The translations under genes and the position numbers were made by a program. From NCBI GenBank assembly GCA_001662655.1, contig KV460250.1: 64,000 nucleotides of DNA; one strand, written 5' to 3'. Every line of letters starts with the position of its first letter. Positions within the stretch are counted from its first letter, which is position 1. Of the stretch, positions 27,064 to 38,377 are shown one piece after another. Below the pieces are notes generated by a model. It had not been told where the DNA came from and searched no databases. It worked only from the letters and a program-made list of their open reading frames with translations. The DNA is from Pseudogymnoascus verrucosus. Its lineage: Eukaryota.

Positions 27064-28362
27064 TTACTCCGCATCCAACGGGCAGACGGGCGGTGTATCA
27101 TTAACCTGGATCCCACCACGCTTCTTCTCATTCGAGTCATGGAAGGGCAGTTTCCACCCTCCCTCGCTCTCGGGAACAGCGAGCCAGAGACGCATCAAGT
27201 GGCGTCTTGGGAGCGGGGGCAGGTTATCCTTATACGCCGTGCGCGAGTGAAAGACATGGGGTCCCGAATGCAAGAACTGGATATCGCCCAGCTCAAGCAC
27301 CATATGCAAACTAAGCCTCATGCACGTATCCTCCAGCACCTGCAGCGCCTCCAGCTGCTCCGACGACAATGGCGGGATCTCCCCGATATCCGAGAAGCGC
27401 TTGAGAGACTTGACGAAGTAGGGATCGGCTTTCGCGAAGACGCGCGGGTTGTCGGAGCCGGTCTCGAGGTAGAAGAGCGGCTGGCGCACGTACTCGTCTT
27501 CGCCGAAGGAGGTCTCGCCTTTGCGGTCGTAGTACCAGATGGGCTTTGTGAGGGTCTCGGCGACGTCGGGGCGCTCGCGCTGCAGGGTGTTCCAGACGTG
27601 TTGGGTGGAGGCGAGGTCGGATTCGCCGCCTTCGAGGGCGCGGGCTATGCAGAGGAGGCCGACGATGTCGCAGTCGTCGACGTGGAAGAATTGGCTGTTG
27701 TTGGGGTTAGTTTAACGTCAGAATGGGGAATGAAAGAGAAACTTACCGAGCGTTTGTTCTGTAGATGCGGACTTTGTCGGTTTGCGTGGCGTCGTCGCCG
27801 ACGTCTTTGACGTGACCCAGGACATGACCGCGGGAGTTTTGGCTGATGAAGTAGCCTAGGTATGTGCCGAGTCCCATGTATGCAGCCGCGCACTTGTGGT
27901 TATCCCATACTTGGACTGGGATGCCTTTGAAGAGTATGAATCCCTTGCCTTCAATAAGGTCGTGCTTAACATCTGACAGGAGCTTCCCGAGCTTTGGGAG
28001 AACGAAGTTGCTCTGCAATTTGTTAGAAAGGCTTATTTTGACAACTGATGACGACATACCTTTGAAATACCAGTTAGAGGAATGCCGTCTGCGATGAACT
28101 TGTCTGCCACAGAACCGAGCTCTTCGATCTCCTCGGCAGTGAACCTGTGGACCCATTTCTCTGGGTTGTCTTTGTAGTCCTCTGGCTTCCACAGCGACGG
28201 ACCAGAGCAGACCTTTGGGAATTCGGAGTATGGCCTCAGTTGGTCATAGAGGGGAGGGTGCTGTCCGGAAGTCTTGATGCCATCGTGGAAGATGGTAGTA
28301 TCAACGGCCTTCTTGCTCTGGTAGGGCGCCGTGGGAAGGGTCTCGAGGAGAGCTGGTGCCAT
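27064..28362 (-). CDS. TauD/TfdA (clavaminate synthase-like) Fe(II)/2-oxoglutarate dioxygenase, ~399 aa
   Basis: Spliced HxD motif RTNAR|QFFHVDDCD, distal His in GDIQFL..HVFHSRTAY, and RRHLMRLWL. Introns 28013-28059 and 27695-27746; TATATATA at ~28470. Confidence 0.92.
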
Positions 28363-28754
28363 GTTGAAAGGACTAAAAAAGGACGCTTTGGGTATATAAA
28401 GTGAAGTAGAGCGTGTAGTTAAAGAGTAATCAAGAAATCAAGAAGTATAAGGGGGGGCACACGACAGACTATATATATGTGCCTGGTGAGAAATAACAGT
28501 ATGAATGAGATAATAAATACCACCTATAATTACCTTTGACCCCTCAACCCCTCACTAACCTCTCCTCACATTCTGACTGTTCACCTACAAAAATACCATG
28601 TGTTTGGTGACAATCCGTGTACTAACGGCTTGGTAGGCATGGAGCAATTCCGATGGTCAATTGCGTGATGGTGGTGGTTGTCGCGGCTTCTTTGGGGAAA
28701 GGGACGGGTGTGGAGCCCTTTGATGGTACGATGGAGTAAGCTCGAACATTTTAA

Positions 28755-28820
28755 TACGGAGCCCAGAATTGGAGTTCATATTTTAAACTCATTATTGTAC
28801 TCCAATTCTTGGGCTCCGTA
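28755..28820. repeat. Short inverted repeat (21/22-bp arms, 23-nt loop)
   Basis: TACGGAGCCCAGAATTGGAGT (28755-28775) pairs with ACTCCAATTCTTGGGCTCCGTA (28799-28820) with one bulged base. Confidence 0.9.
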
Positions 28821-29424
28821 GTTAGTTGGCGCGGGAATTCCACATTTTCAGTATGGCACAATGGCACAATGCGGGGCAGGAACAAGGAAACAAACACCGG
28901 GAACAAACACCGTGGTATTCAGTACACGGTTCGGTATGTGTATCAGCTGATGGATATGTATCAATTGCCGTTACTGTTAGTTAATTGAAGTCGATTAATT
29001 ATCCCACCTTTTGAGTCTTCGTATCTCGTATTTCCTAGACAGAGATGCTGTTTTGTTGTAGACTATATAGTACGTCGTGTGTCGTCGGACCAGAAGTACA
29101 AGCATAGATTGCACGGAACTATAGTATGAAATTGTAAGCCATCGCCCTTTCCATTCCGCGAATACTCCCTAAGATAAGCTCGGCAGGCGCTACCACCTAC
29201 CACCTCCCACCTCCCACCAGCTTCCCGCAATGGACCAGCGGAAGATTGGCATTGCTGTGGACTGGCAGTGGATTGGCGGCGGACTTCATGTCCGTCCGGT
29301 AAGTCATCGACACATCGCCGTCCTTTCCGTATCTGCCGTAAAAACCGTATCGTGTACTCCTAGGCATGTTAATCTCTCAGCATCATATCAAATACCCCCG
29401 GCTCCCCATGCTCGTCCCCGTCTC

Positions 29425-29657
29425 GGCATCCCATTTTCCTGAGTTGGGCCCCGTACTCCAGACCAGGGCATCCCTTTTTCTGAAGCTGGGCTCCGTACTA
29501 TATACCAGGGCATCCCTTTCTTCTTGCATTGGGCTCCGTACTCGACACCACCACGGCCAGCTTGGGGATGTTATCGTGACCCAGAGCTTCCCTTTTCCTG
29601 CATTGGGCTCCGTACTCGACACCACTTCGGCCAGCTCGAGGATGTTATCGTGACCCA
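29425..29657. repeat. Degenerate tandem repeat array (42-bp units, then two ~75-bp units)
   Basis: GGCATCCC starts at 29425, 29467 and 29509. Core TGGGC(T/C)CCGTACT occurs four times. The last two units share TGCATTGGGCTCCGTACTCGACACCAC..CGGCCAGCT..GGATGTTATCGTGACCCA. Confidence 0.9.
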
Positions 29658-30495
29658 TTGGAAACACCAAATCAGGCAGGCGCGCCTTGATCTAACATCC
29701 ATGGGCTAGCTGGCACGTCGATGGCGTCCAGGATCAGGCGCGGGGAAGTGTTGTCATGATAAGAGTAGGTTGATTGATGCTCCGATGGCCAGCTGTTCTC
29801 GTACGACGGCGGAACAGAGAAGGAGCGATGGCGTCCAGGATTAGAAGCGGGACACTGTTCTCATGATAGAGCAGATTGACTCGTGGCCATTTCTATGGCG
29901 TAAGACGTTGAAGTTGATGGATGGCGAGGAAGGTCGACGACCACAGCTCGGATGCAATGTGTTTGCAAGAGGAAGGGAGCTGGAGTTGCGAGTGGTGACG
30001 AGAGAGGTGTAACATTTTGATATCCTATGCTGTCCCAGCAATGTTAGAGGGGTATTCTCAAATCATTTGTGTCGGGGGCGGAATTTGGCCGCTGGTGGTG
30101 TGTCGTTGTTTGGGCGTCTGATTGAATGCCACGAAAGTTGGAGTACAAGGCGTAAAAGGCGTAAATTTAAAAGTGTACAGTATTAATTAACTTTCTCCGT
30201 ATTTTATTTTGTAATCTCAGTCACGGTGGTCGCCTGGGTAGGACGAGCGCTGAAGGTGGCAATATATAATGAAGTGCCTTGGTTTTGGTTTTGGGGGATG
30301 AAGAGGTGCGAGGGGGAATATTTGCCAAGTTCTGCACTTATACCGGGGCTCTGATAATCCTGCTCCTGCTCTGATAAAGTTACATTACATGATACTCATT
30401 ATAGAAATCCCATCTCACTGTCCGTAGTCGACGACCCGGCCATACAGACTCCAAAGAACAATAACTCTCATACACATATTTAAGTTACAGCGTAC

Positions 30496-30714
30496 CTAAG
30501 TGGATGGCGGCGTAGGATATGGCGGAACACACTGAAGGCAATACCCCTCCTCATCTCCATACTTCATAACTCTCGACGCAGTCAACCCTCTGTTGTACTT
30601 TTCACCGACCTGGTGAGGAATCCAGTCATTTGATTTGGCTTCTGGACAGTACCAGGATACGATTTTTAGAGTATGTCCGCAGAGGGTGTAGGTTGTTCTC
30701 TGCCAGTGACACAT
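30496..30714 (-). CDS. Small Cys/His hypothetical protein, 72 aa (putative metal-binding)
   Basis: GCACC-ATG context; pattern MCH..CGH..C....CLQC with a PYPTPP tail; no signal peptide. Confidence 0.6.
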   Translation of the reverse strand: MCHWQRTTYTLCGHTLKIVSWYCPEAKSNDWIPHQVGEKYNRGLTASRVMKYGDEEGYCLQCVPPYPTPPST

Positions 30715-31549
30715 GGTGCGGTATTTGTGGTCTTTTATATGTTAGAATAGCTTCAATTTCTATGTGTGGAAGGAAGATCTCTTACTAATGTCTCTTATAA
30801 GTGAAAAGGTGGCTTTGATAGAGGCCTGAAGTGACGAAGAGAGGGGGTCCATCTATTATATGCACGTCTACTTGTTACTACACGTCGCCTTATTTTAGCC
30901 TACTATCCTCATCTCGACAAGGCTATCTACTGAGACTCTGAACAGTAGACCAGGCAACTATAAGCAGCCTCATGTTTAGATTATTGGTCGGCGTTGTTCA
31001 CTGTCTGCTATGGCATAGTATGCAGCCGCGCCATACTTGCATCGCCAACACACACTCTTTGACCGAGTCTTATGATGGAAACCACTACATTGTTAAACTA
31101 TCCAGAGCCTAATGCACCAGAGGGCTGTTTGACCGAATGCGGCAGTGAGGCTGTCGAATATAGGATGTCTCCTACTCTCTGCCACGGCCATCGCCTTGCT
31201 GGACTCATACAACTTCTGCTATAGGCACATCCCGCCGTTATCCGTCCTAAACATACTTTCTCCTGTCAATGGAACAATCACCTCGCCCCTGATTTAAACA
31301 TACATATATACTAGCAGGCACAAAAACGATTGCGAAGAGCAAAAAACTGATGGCTAAAACATACAACAATAGGTTGTAGCTTTCGCTGTACACGTATATT
31401 ATAAGTCTTATAAGTATTAGAGAATAGAATAGTAGAATAGTTGACTCCGCCCTGACCTCCTCTGACCGTCCTTGTATGTAAGCCTGTGAACAGCAGATCT
31501 CACAATTCAGCCAGATTCATAATCGAGCCTTGTCTATCAAGATCAGATA

Positions 31550-33599
31550 TTAGGCAGCCTGCTTGCGTCCGTCGCCGTCCTTGGTCTCAGTCTCGATCTG
31601 GGAGGTCTTTTCATTGTCGATGTAATCAACGTGAGCGACCATAGCATCATCTCCGTCGAAAATTCGGGAGATCTCCTCTAGAGTAGGTCCCTTAGTCTCA
31701 ATGTAGAAAAAGTAGACGAAGACAAGCTCGACGGCAATCCAGACCTAGAGGGTTAAAACGCGTTAGTCATACAATGGCAAGTCTATGATTCGGAGACGAA
31801 AGACATACTGTGTAGAAGCAGAACAAGTTCCACTTTCTGGGCATGTTGTTCAGAGCAATGGGGTTGGTCTGGTTGCCGATAGTAAGAGCAACCTGGATGA
31901 AAAAGTTCATGATCATGAGACCACGAGCACGGAGTCTGTAGGGCAGAATCTCAAGAGCATAGGCAACGAGCAGACCAGACCAGGCGACGGAGTAGCAGAC
32001 GTCAAAGAGCCAGACGAAGGCGATCTGAGGGTAGCCAAGGTTTTTGATGTCTTTCTCGCCAGTGTTCTCAAAACGGGCAGCGATGATGGTCCAGATAAGG
32101 AAAGAGAAAAACATGCCTGCATAAGGTTAGTGGACCCGGGATCATCCTGGAAGCTGAGGACGAGACGATGTTGCAACTTACCTATAGTGGCACTCAAGAA
32201 GAGAGGACGACGACCGAATCGATCAATACCCATAGAGAAGCCAATGGCAACCATAAGCTTGAGCAATTGCTCACCGGCATTGATACCAGTCTTCTGAGCC
32301 TGGTCCTTAATACCAGCGCCCTCATAGATAAGATTGGCGTAATTGCTGATTAGAGCATTACCAGAGTATTGGGAGATGATACCAAGAGAGACGAGGATCA
32401 TGAGGCGGTAACGATTGCCACGGGTTTTGAAAAAGTCAAGATAGCTGCTATTTGCCTTTGCCTGATACTCCATGGTAATAGTTTCCTTCATCTCATGGTA
32501 CTCAAACTGGACAGTGGCGTCGTTGCGGTCGCCATTAGCATGGAACTTTGCAAGAATGTCGAGAGCCTTTTCGGGTTGCTCCTTGGCTATAAGCCAGCGG
32601 GGAGACTCAGGGATCCAGTAGATGCAAACAATTTGGATAAGGGAGGGGACGCCCTGGATGAGGGTGATGGATCTCCAGGACCAGTCGTTCTTGATGTTGA
32701 TGGTGCCAAGAGCAACAAAGGCGCAGACTAGATTCCTGCAGTCAGCTTCTTTAATCTTTGGTGCGAACCCGCCATTCACAGAGCATCACCTACCACATGA
32801 ACCCAAGTTCCAGAGACAGTTATAGATGGCGGTGACGATACCGCGATGCTGAGGATGGCAGATCTCAGTCAGTAGAAGGGGGCAGGATAGTTGAGCCAGA
32901 GAATTCCCGAAGCCAACGAGGAAACGGCCACCAAGGTACACTAAAAAGGGTTATAAATGTTAGCTCATTCAAAGCTCTAGTTCTCATCTCCATGCGAGGC
33001 CCATTTAACTAATCAACTTGTTAGGAAAGGGGTCATGTATCACATACTTCCATATCCATTAGTGAAGGCGCTGAGGAAAGCACCGACAATCATAATAATG
33101 CAACCAACAGCGATGGGGATTCTACGGCCGAAGTGATCCGCCATAAACGGTCTATAAAGTACCAGTGTCAGAAAAAATATATCTCTCGCCTGTTGTCGCC
33201 GTGGATAGCCATATCTATCACTTACGCGACGGGGAAACTGGCAATACTACCAATCTGGTAGATCGAGTTGAGGATGCCGAGTTTAGAACCCTTAGGGTGA
33301 CCGAAATAGTCTTGCCATTTGTCCATGACTTGGGAGGCGTTAAGCATAGAACTGTCAAAGTTAGTCACCTTCTAATCATACTTCCTTTTGCCCGTTTTGA
33401 GCCTGATGCGATTCTCAGCTTACCCATCGTAACCAGTAGTAGCAGAGCAGACACAAAGAATGGCAGCGTAGAAGTACAACTGGCGCATTCCAGGGTCAGA
33501 CCACCATTGCACCTTGGCCAGGCGAGGGGTGCTGGCCTGAGCGACAGCTAGGTCATGTTTTTTGGTCGATGAACCGACGGCACCGACAGCGATAGCCAT
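31550..33599 (-). CDS. MFS sugar porter of the lactose permease/cellodextrin transporter type, ~533 aa
   Basis: Motifs TTGYDGSMLN, DHFGRR, LLTEICHPQHRG, PESPRWL, SQYSGNALISNY, EILPYRLRARG and ETKGPTLEEI. Six introns (33352-33423, 33152-33225, 32941-33047, 32728-32793, 32117-32181, 31745-31808) leave a 1602-nt open frame. Confidence 0.92.
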
Positions 33600-35365
33600 G
33601 GTGAGGACGTGTTGCCGATGAAGCCGCAGTAAACTGAAGCGTATCCACGAAAGCAGAAATAAGAGGGAAGAAACGATGAACGCTTTTCTCAGCCAAGGTC
33701 AGGACTGACCGAGACTTCAAGGAAAGTGCCATTATATAGCGAAAAGGCCAGTTGCGTGCACGTAGTGAATGGTCGAGCTCTCCGGCTTATCGGTGCGTTA
33801 GCCGTAGAGGCATAGAGGCAGATAAATGTATTGATCCTCTTGTCTTACGCCGATCCACGCAATCCCTATCCATGAAGCGTCCTTCCTTTTCCTGCCCCCA
33901 ATGGCACCACACCTCATGCCGGGGTATATGCAGTAAGCGACAGAAGTTCGTGTATGGGCCTGTACACAAATATCAGCAAATAGTGTGTTATTTTGCCGCA
34001 AGCTGTGCACACCCTTTACGCAGGTTTCTGTCGCCGAACTGGGATTCTACAGAAGAAGGAAGCATGGAAACAAATAGTGGGGATTCCCCCGCTTCTCCGC
34101 ACCATAGGGGAAGCCAGGCACTCCACCCACGCGGCGGTATTAGGTTGTCGTCTCTGACAGCCTATAATGGTTGTTGGTTGTGGAATCCTTCCAATGTTTG
34201 TGTGTGGTTGGATAATTAGGAAGCAGGGTATTGATCTTTGGTGAAGTGGCGCCCCCATTGTGAATTAGAATAGGCTGTATGCCTCCTCCTCTGACCCGAC
34301 ATGTTCACTTCTGGCTAAGGGCTCGGCCCAACTCTTCAACCTTTGAATCGCCTCGTGGCTCGCCTCGTGGCTAGACTATATTGAAGGGGCAATTCAAAGC
34401 TTGAGGGGGGAGCCTATATATTCTTTGTAAGCTGTGGCTCTACGGTTCACAGTGTTCCTTGAGCACAGACGTGCGTTTTGTGACAAATAAGGACAAATAG
34501 ACTCCATTGTATGTTATATCACATGCGAAGTATTTAAGGTGCCCAATTCTCTTAAGGCTATGGTCGTATGTGAAGAATACACATATAGTCGGTTTAAGTA
34601 TAGTGGTGGCGAAAACATCGACTTGCCTCCTACTGGACTCTCGCTCATCCCATCTACCTCTCCTCGTGTAGACTACAACTGTCTCTCAGTATAGGACGCT
34701 TTACACGCCAGAGCCCATTTCACAAAATTTTATCGTTCTCTCGGTGTCTCATATGATAACCCCGAAGAAGCCGTGGTTGTTCTAGAAGCGGGTCGGAGTT
34801 TGGTACGACCGGCAAGCGACAAGCGCCGATATATAGCCGCGTGATTTTAGAGGTGGTTTTAGGGTGGGTGGCATAAAACAGGGCCGAAGGCTGCCACTCA
34901 GACCAAACATGTAATTTAATTTATTTAATTCATTATTTTACAGCACATATCGCCAATCCCCCCACCAAAATTCACTTTCTAGGTATTCCCTGGAGATAGA
35001 AGCTCTCCAACCAATCTAGGTCTAGGAACAACGCTATCCCGATAAGCGAACCCCAACTTCTACGATAACGCCTATCACGAAAAAATTAATAAATTCGCAG
35101 CCCGCTCAAGCTATCCAGCAGCATCCAAACGCTTTCCACTTTCAAAACCCTTTGCGCGCACAAAGGGACGGAAAGCTTTTGTGGATTGCTATTTGCGCCC
35201 ACCTACCAATTCCGGCAAGGCGAATTTATATACAGCGCCCTCGCGACTTCCTCGACATCTCCACGCGAGACGAAACACACGAGACGAAACACACGAGACG
35301 AAATCCGAGGGGTGAAACTGAGGATAAAAGATAAGGCTGACAGCTACGAGACTGCCATAGCAAAC

Positions 35366-38300
35366 ATGTCCGAATCTTTCCAAGAGCCGAATTTGAAGAA
35401 GAGGAGCATAGGTGCGAATGGAGAGAAGGGACGGGTAGGGGATAGCGGGGACGAGAAGAGGCGGCGGTTGGTGGGGGAGGACGGCGCGGTTAATGGGAAT
35501 GGGGCGAAGAAGATTTCGTTTGGGGATAACGGTGGGGGAGGGGCTGTGAATGGGAACGGGGCGAAAAAGACTTCGTTTGCTGAACCTACTGCTGTCAATG
35601 GGAATGGCGCAAAGAAGACTTCGTTTGCGGAGCCTGCTGTCAATGGGAATGGCGCGAAGAAGACTTCATTTGCCGAATCTCCTGTCAATGGAAATGGCGC
35701 GATGAAGATCTCTTTAGCGGAACCAGCATCACCGGCCTCTAGCAGTGTCAGTGGAGGGAAGAAGACATCAACGGAGGGAGCAGTGAAACTCGCGACAGCC
35801 CAAGTAAATGGGATCAAGAAGGCTGCGGCAGCTGAATCTGCAACTTCAAACGACGCCCCCAAACCATCACCCTTCGGCAAGAAACAAAAACCTACCGGTC
35901 TCGCCAACGGCGCCGCAGGGAGCCTACGCCCAAGCCAGCGCCTTCTCGACGAGAAAGAAAAGAAGATCTTCCAAGAGCGACGCAAGCTCCCCATCTGGCT
36001 GTCGGGGCCCGACATCAAATACGGACTCCGATACAAAGGCAACATTATGCTCCTCGCCGGTGAAACCGGAAGCGGAAAATCCACACAGGTCCCTCAATTC
36101 CTGATGAATGAGCCTTGGATGGTGCGCAAGAGCGTGGTCATCAAGGGGGAGGATGGGGAGGACAAGAGTGTCGCTGTGGGGGGTATGATTGCGATTACCG
36201 AACCCCGACGAGTTGCTGCGATTTCGCTGGCGCAGAGAGTGGCGGTAGAGACGGGGTCGTATTTGGGCCCGCATTGTAATGAGAGGGATAGGGTTGGGTA
36301 TGCGGTGAGGTTTGAGTCAAACGTGCCGAAGGGAGCGAAGATTAAGTTTCTTACTGAGGGGATGTTGTTGCAGGAGCTGCTGCGGGATCGGCATCTGAGG
36401 AAGTATAGTTGTGTTGTTGTTGATGAGGTTCACGAGAGGAGTGTGGATGTGGATCTTTTGCTGGGATTTTTGAAGAATATCCTTACTGGAGATTTGAGCG
36501 GGAGAGGTGGAATCCCATTGAAGGTTGTTATTATGTCGGCGACGGCAGATATCGAGAAGCTGCAGGAGTATTTCACGATTCCGGAAGCACTTCCTGCGCC
36601 CGCAACCACAAATGGCGGTGGTAAACAGCGCAAGACGAATGGAGTCAAGCCAACAGGCCTCATCAAGGAGTGGATTGCTACAACCTCTCCCCCACCAGAA
36701 GCTATCTTAGACGGCGACGATGATGAAGGACACCCAGCCACGGAATCAAGACGCTCCTCAGCATCCTCCTACTCCTCCTGGTCCGGCCTCAGCGACACCA
36801 TCAAAGGCAGCTCGTCCTCCGCTGCTTCCGCCGCCGCTTCCCCCGCCAGCTCAACTCCCACCTCCTCACCTGCCGACAATCTCGACACCACCGTCGCCGT
36901 CCCCTCAAAACCCGCCCTCGACATCTTCGATCTGAAGGGCAAAAACAACACAATAACCTACCGCATCTCCGGCCGCCAACACCCCGTCTCAACCCTCTAC
37001 GTCCCCGCCGCCCTCCCTGACCTACTCGAAGCCTCCTTCCGCACGATCTTCCACATCCACACTACTGAGCCCATGCCAGGCGACATCCTCGTCTTCCTCA
37101 GCGGACAGGATGAAATTGAATCTCTGCTCGCGCGCGTCGTCGCGCAGGCTGAGCAGTTGGTGAAGTCCTTCCCGCGATTGGAATGTACGCCGCTGTTTGG
37201 GCAATTGAGTATCGAGAAGCAGCAACTCGCTTTCGCGCGCCCGCTAGCTAAGAATGCGAGGAAGTGCATTTTGGCTACTAACATCGCCGAGACTTCTATT
37301 ACAGTCCCAGGTGTACGCTACGTCATTGATACGGGGAAGGCGAAGGTTAAGGAGTACCGCCCACACTTGGGCCTACAATCTCTCCTCGCCAAACCAATCT
37401 CGCAATCCTCCGCCATCCAACGCCGCGGTCGTGCTGGTCGTGAAGCCCCTGGAAAAGTCTGGCGTCTCTACACCGAGGAACAATACAACGCTCTCAGCTC
37501 CGTTGAACGCCCCGAGATTCTGCGCGCGGATGTCGTGGAGGCGGTGCTGAAGATGAAAGCTAGAGGCATCGACGATATTTTCAGCTTTCCCCTCCTCTCG
37601 CCCCCGCCAAGGGACGCGATGCTGAAGGCCTTGACACATTTAAATACCATTGGCGCCCTCTCTTCTACAGGGGAGCTGAATGAGACCGGAAGGACAATGG
37701 CACAGTTTCCACTTTCGCCGAACTACGCCCGCGTCTTAGTAGCAGCCTCGCGCACCTCCCCCGCCTGTCTCCTCGCCGCCATCGACGCGATTGCGGTGTT
37801 GAGTGGGGATGATATATTCATCCAGCCCACCTCTGAAGAAGCACGTCTCGCGGCCGAAGACGCGCGTAAAGACCTGTTAAGGCGCGAAGGCGACGTCCTC
37901 ACACAGCTCACGACGATGCAGAAGTATGTCCGCGAGGCGGCGGGGGAGAGGAAGAGGTGGTGTGGTGTTCGGGGTGTGAATGCCAGGCATATGGAGACGG
38001 GGATGTCCGTCCGTCGACAACTTCGCTCAGCGTGCGTGAGCGCAGGTCTGGTCAGCAGCACGGATATTTCCGAGCTCGATGACGCGGCGGAGGGGGAATT
38101 TATTCCAATGTCCGAAGAGGCCGGAGAAGAGCTGCTCAAGTGCTTTTTGAAAGCGTTTGTGAGCCGCACGGCCGTCCTCGGCGCCGACGGAGCGTATAGA
38201 ACGGTCAGGGGTAAACACGTGGTGATTGTGCATCCGAGTAGCGTTATGTTTGGACGGAAGAGGGAAGCAGTCATGTTTCTGGAACACGTTTTTACGAATA

Positions 38301-38377
38301 AGAATTATGCCAAGAAGTGTTCAGGGGTGCAGGCGGATTGGATTGCTGAGGTGTTGGCGGGAGAGGGAGAGGAGTGA
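35366..38377 (+). CDS. DHR2: DEAH-box RNA helicase, Dhr2/DHX33-like
   Basis: Motifs GETGSGKSTQ, TEPRRVAA, TEGMLL, DEVH, MSAT, ILVFLSGQ, ATNIAETSIT, QRRGRAGR and HPSS. Intronless; first ATG at 35366. The family is certain; orthology to Dhr2 is less so. Confidence 0.85.
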   Translation: MSESFQEPNLKKRSIGANGEKGRVGDSGDEKRRRLVGEDGAVNGNGAKKISFGDNGGGGAVNGNGAKKTSFAEPTAVNGNGAKKTSFAEPAVNGNGAKKTSFAESPVNGNGAMKISLAEPASPASSSVSGGKKTSTEGAVKLATAQVNGIKKAAAAESATSNDAPKPSPFGKKQKPTGLANGAAGSLRPSQRLLDEKEKKIFQERRKLPIWLSGPDIKYGLRYKGNIMLLAGETGSGKSTQVPQFLMNEPWMVRKSVVIKGEDGEDKSVAVGGMIAITEPRRVAAISLAQRVAVETGSYLGPHCNERDRVGYAVRFESNVPKGAKIKFLTEGMLLQELLRDRHLRKYSCVVVDEVHERSVDVDLLLGFLKNILTGDLSGRGGIPLKVVIMSATADIEKLQEYFTIPEALPAPATTNGGGKQRKTNGVKPTGLIKEWIATTSPPPEAILDGDDDEGHPATESRRSSASSYSSWSGLSDTIKGSSSSAASAAASPASSTPTSSPADNLDTTVAVPSKPALDIFDLKGKNNTITYRISGRQHPVSTLYVPAALPDLLEASFRTIFHIHTTEPMPGDILVFLSGQDEIESLLARVVAQAEQLVKSFPRLECTPLFGQLSIEKQQLAFARPLAKNARKCILATNIAETSITVPGVRYVIDTGKAKVKEYRPHLGLQSLLAKPISQSSAIQRRGRAGREAPGKVWRLYTEEQYNALSSVERPEILRADVVEAVLKMKARGIDDIFSFPLLSPPPRDAMLKALTHLNTIGALSSTGELNETGRTMAQFPLSPNYARVLVAASRTSPACLLAAIDAIAVLSGDDIFIQPTSEEARLAAEDARKDLLRREGDVLTQLTTMQKYVREAAGERKRWCGVRGVNARHMETGMSVRRQLRSACVSAGLVSSTDISELDDAAEGEFIPMSEEAGEELLKCFLKAFVSRTAVLGADGAYRTVRGKHVVIVHPSSVMFGRKREAVMFLEHVFTNKNYAKKCSGVQADWIAEVLAGEGEE
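35486..35725 (+). repeat. Coding tandem repeat, five units of ~(A/P)VNGNGAKKTSFAEP
   Basis: Visible in the translation and in DNA (units of 45-57 nt with synonymous divergence). Confidence 0.9.

Noticed and set aside
29425..29657. CRISPR-like appearance of the repeat array (also 43284-43607)
   Set aside because: Eukaryotic context, degenerate units, inter-repeat segments are themselves duplicated, and no cas genes.
32941..33047. Possible stwintron (nested intron)
   Set aside because: Removing the internal segment does not regenerate a GT donor for an outer intron.
35186..35365. Upstream non-ATG extensions in the ORF track (helicase, abfB, MTQ2, F-box, RING)
   Set aside because: The track allows TTG/GTG starts; the first in-frame ATG gives the expected N-terminus, e.g. 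the abfB signal peptide.
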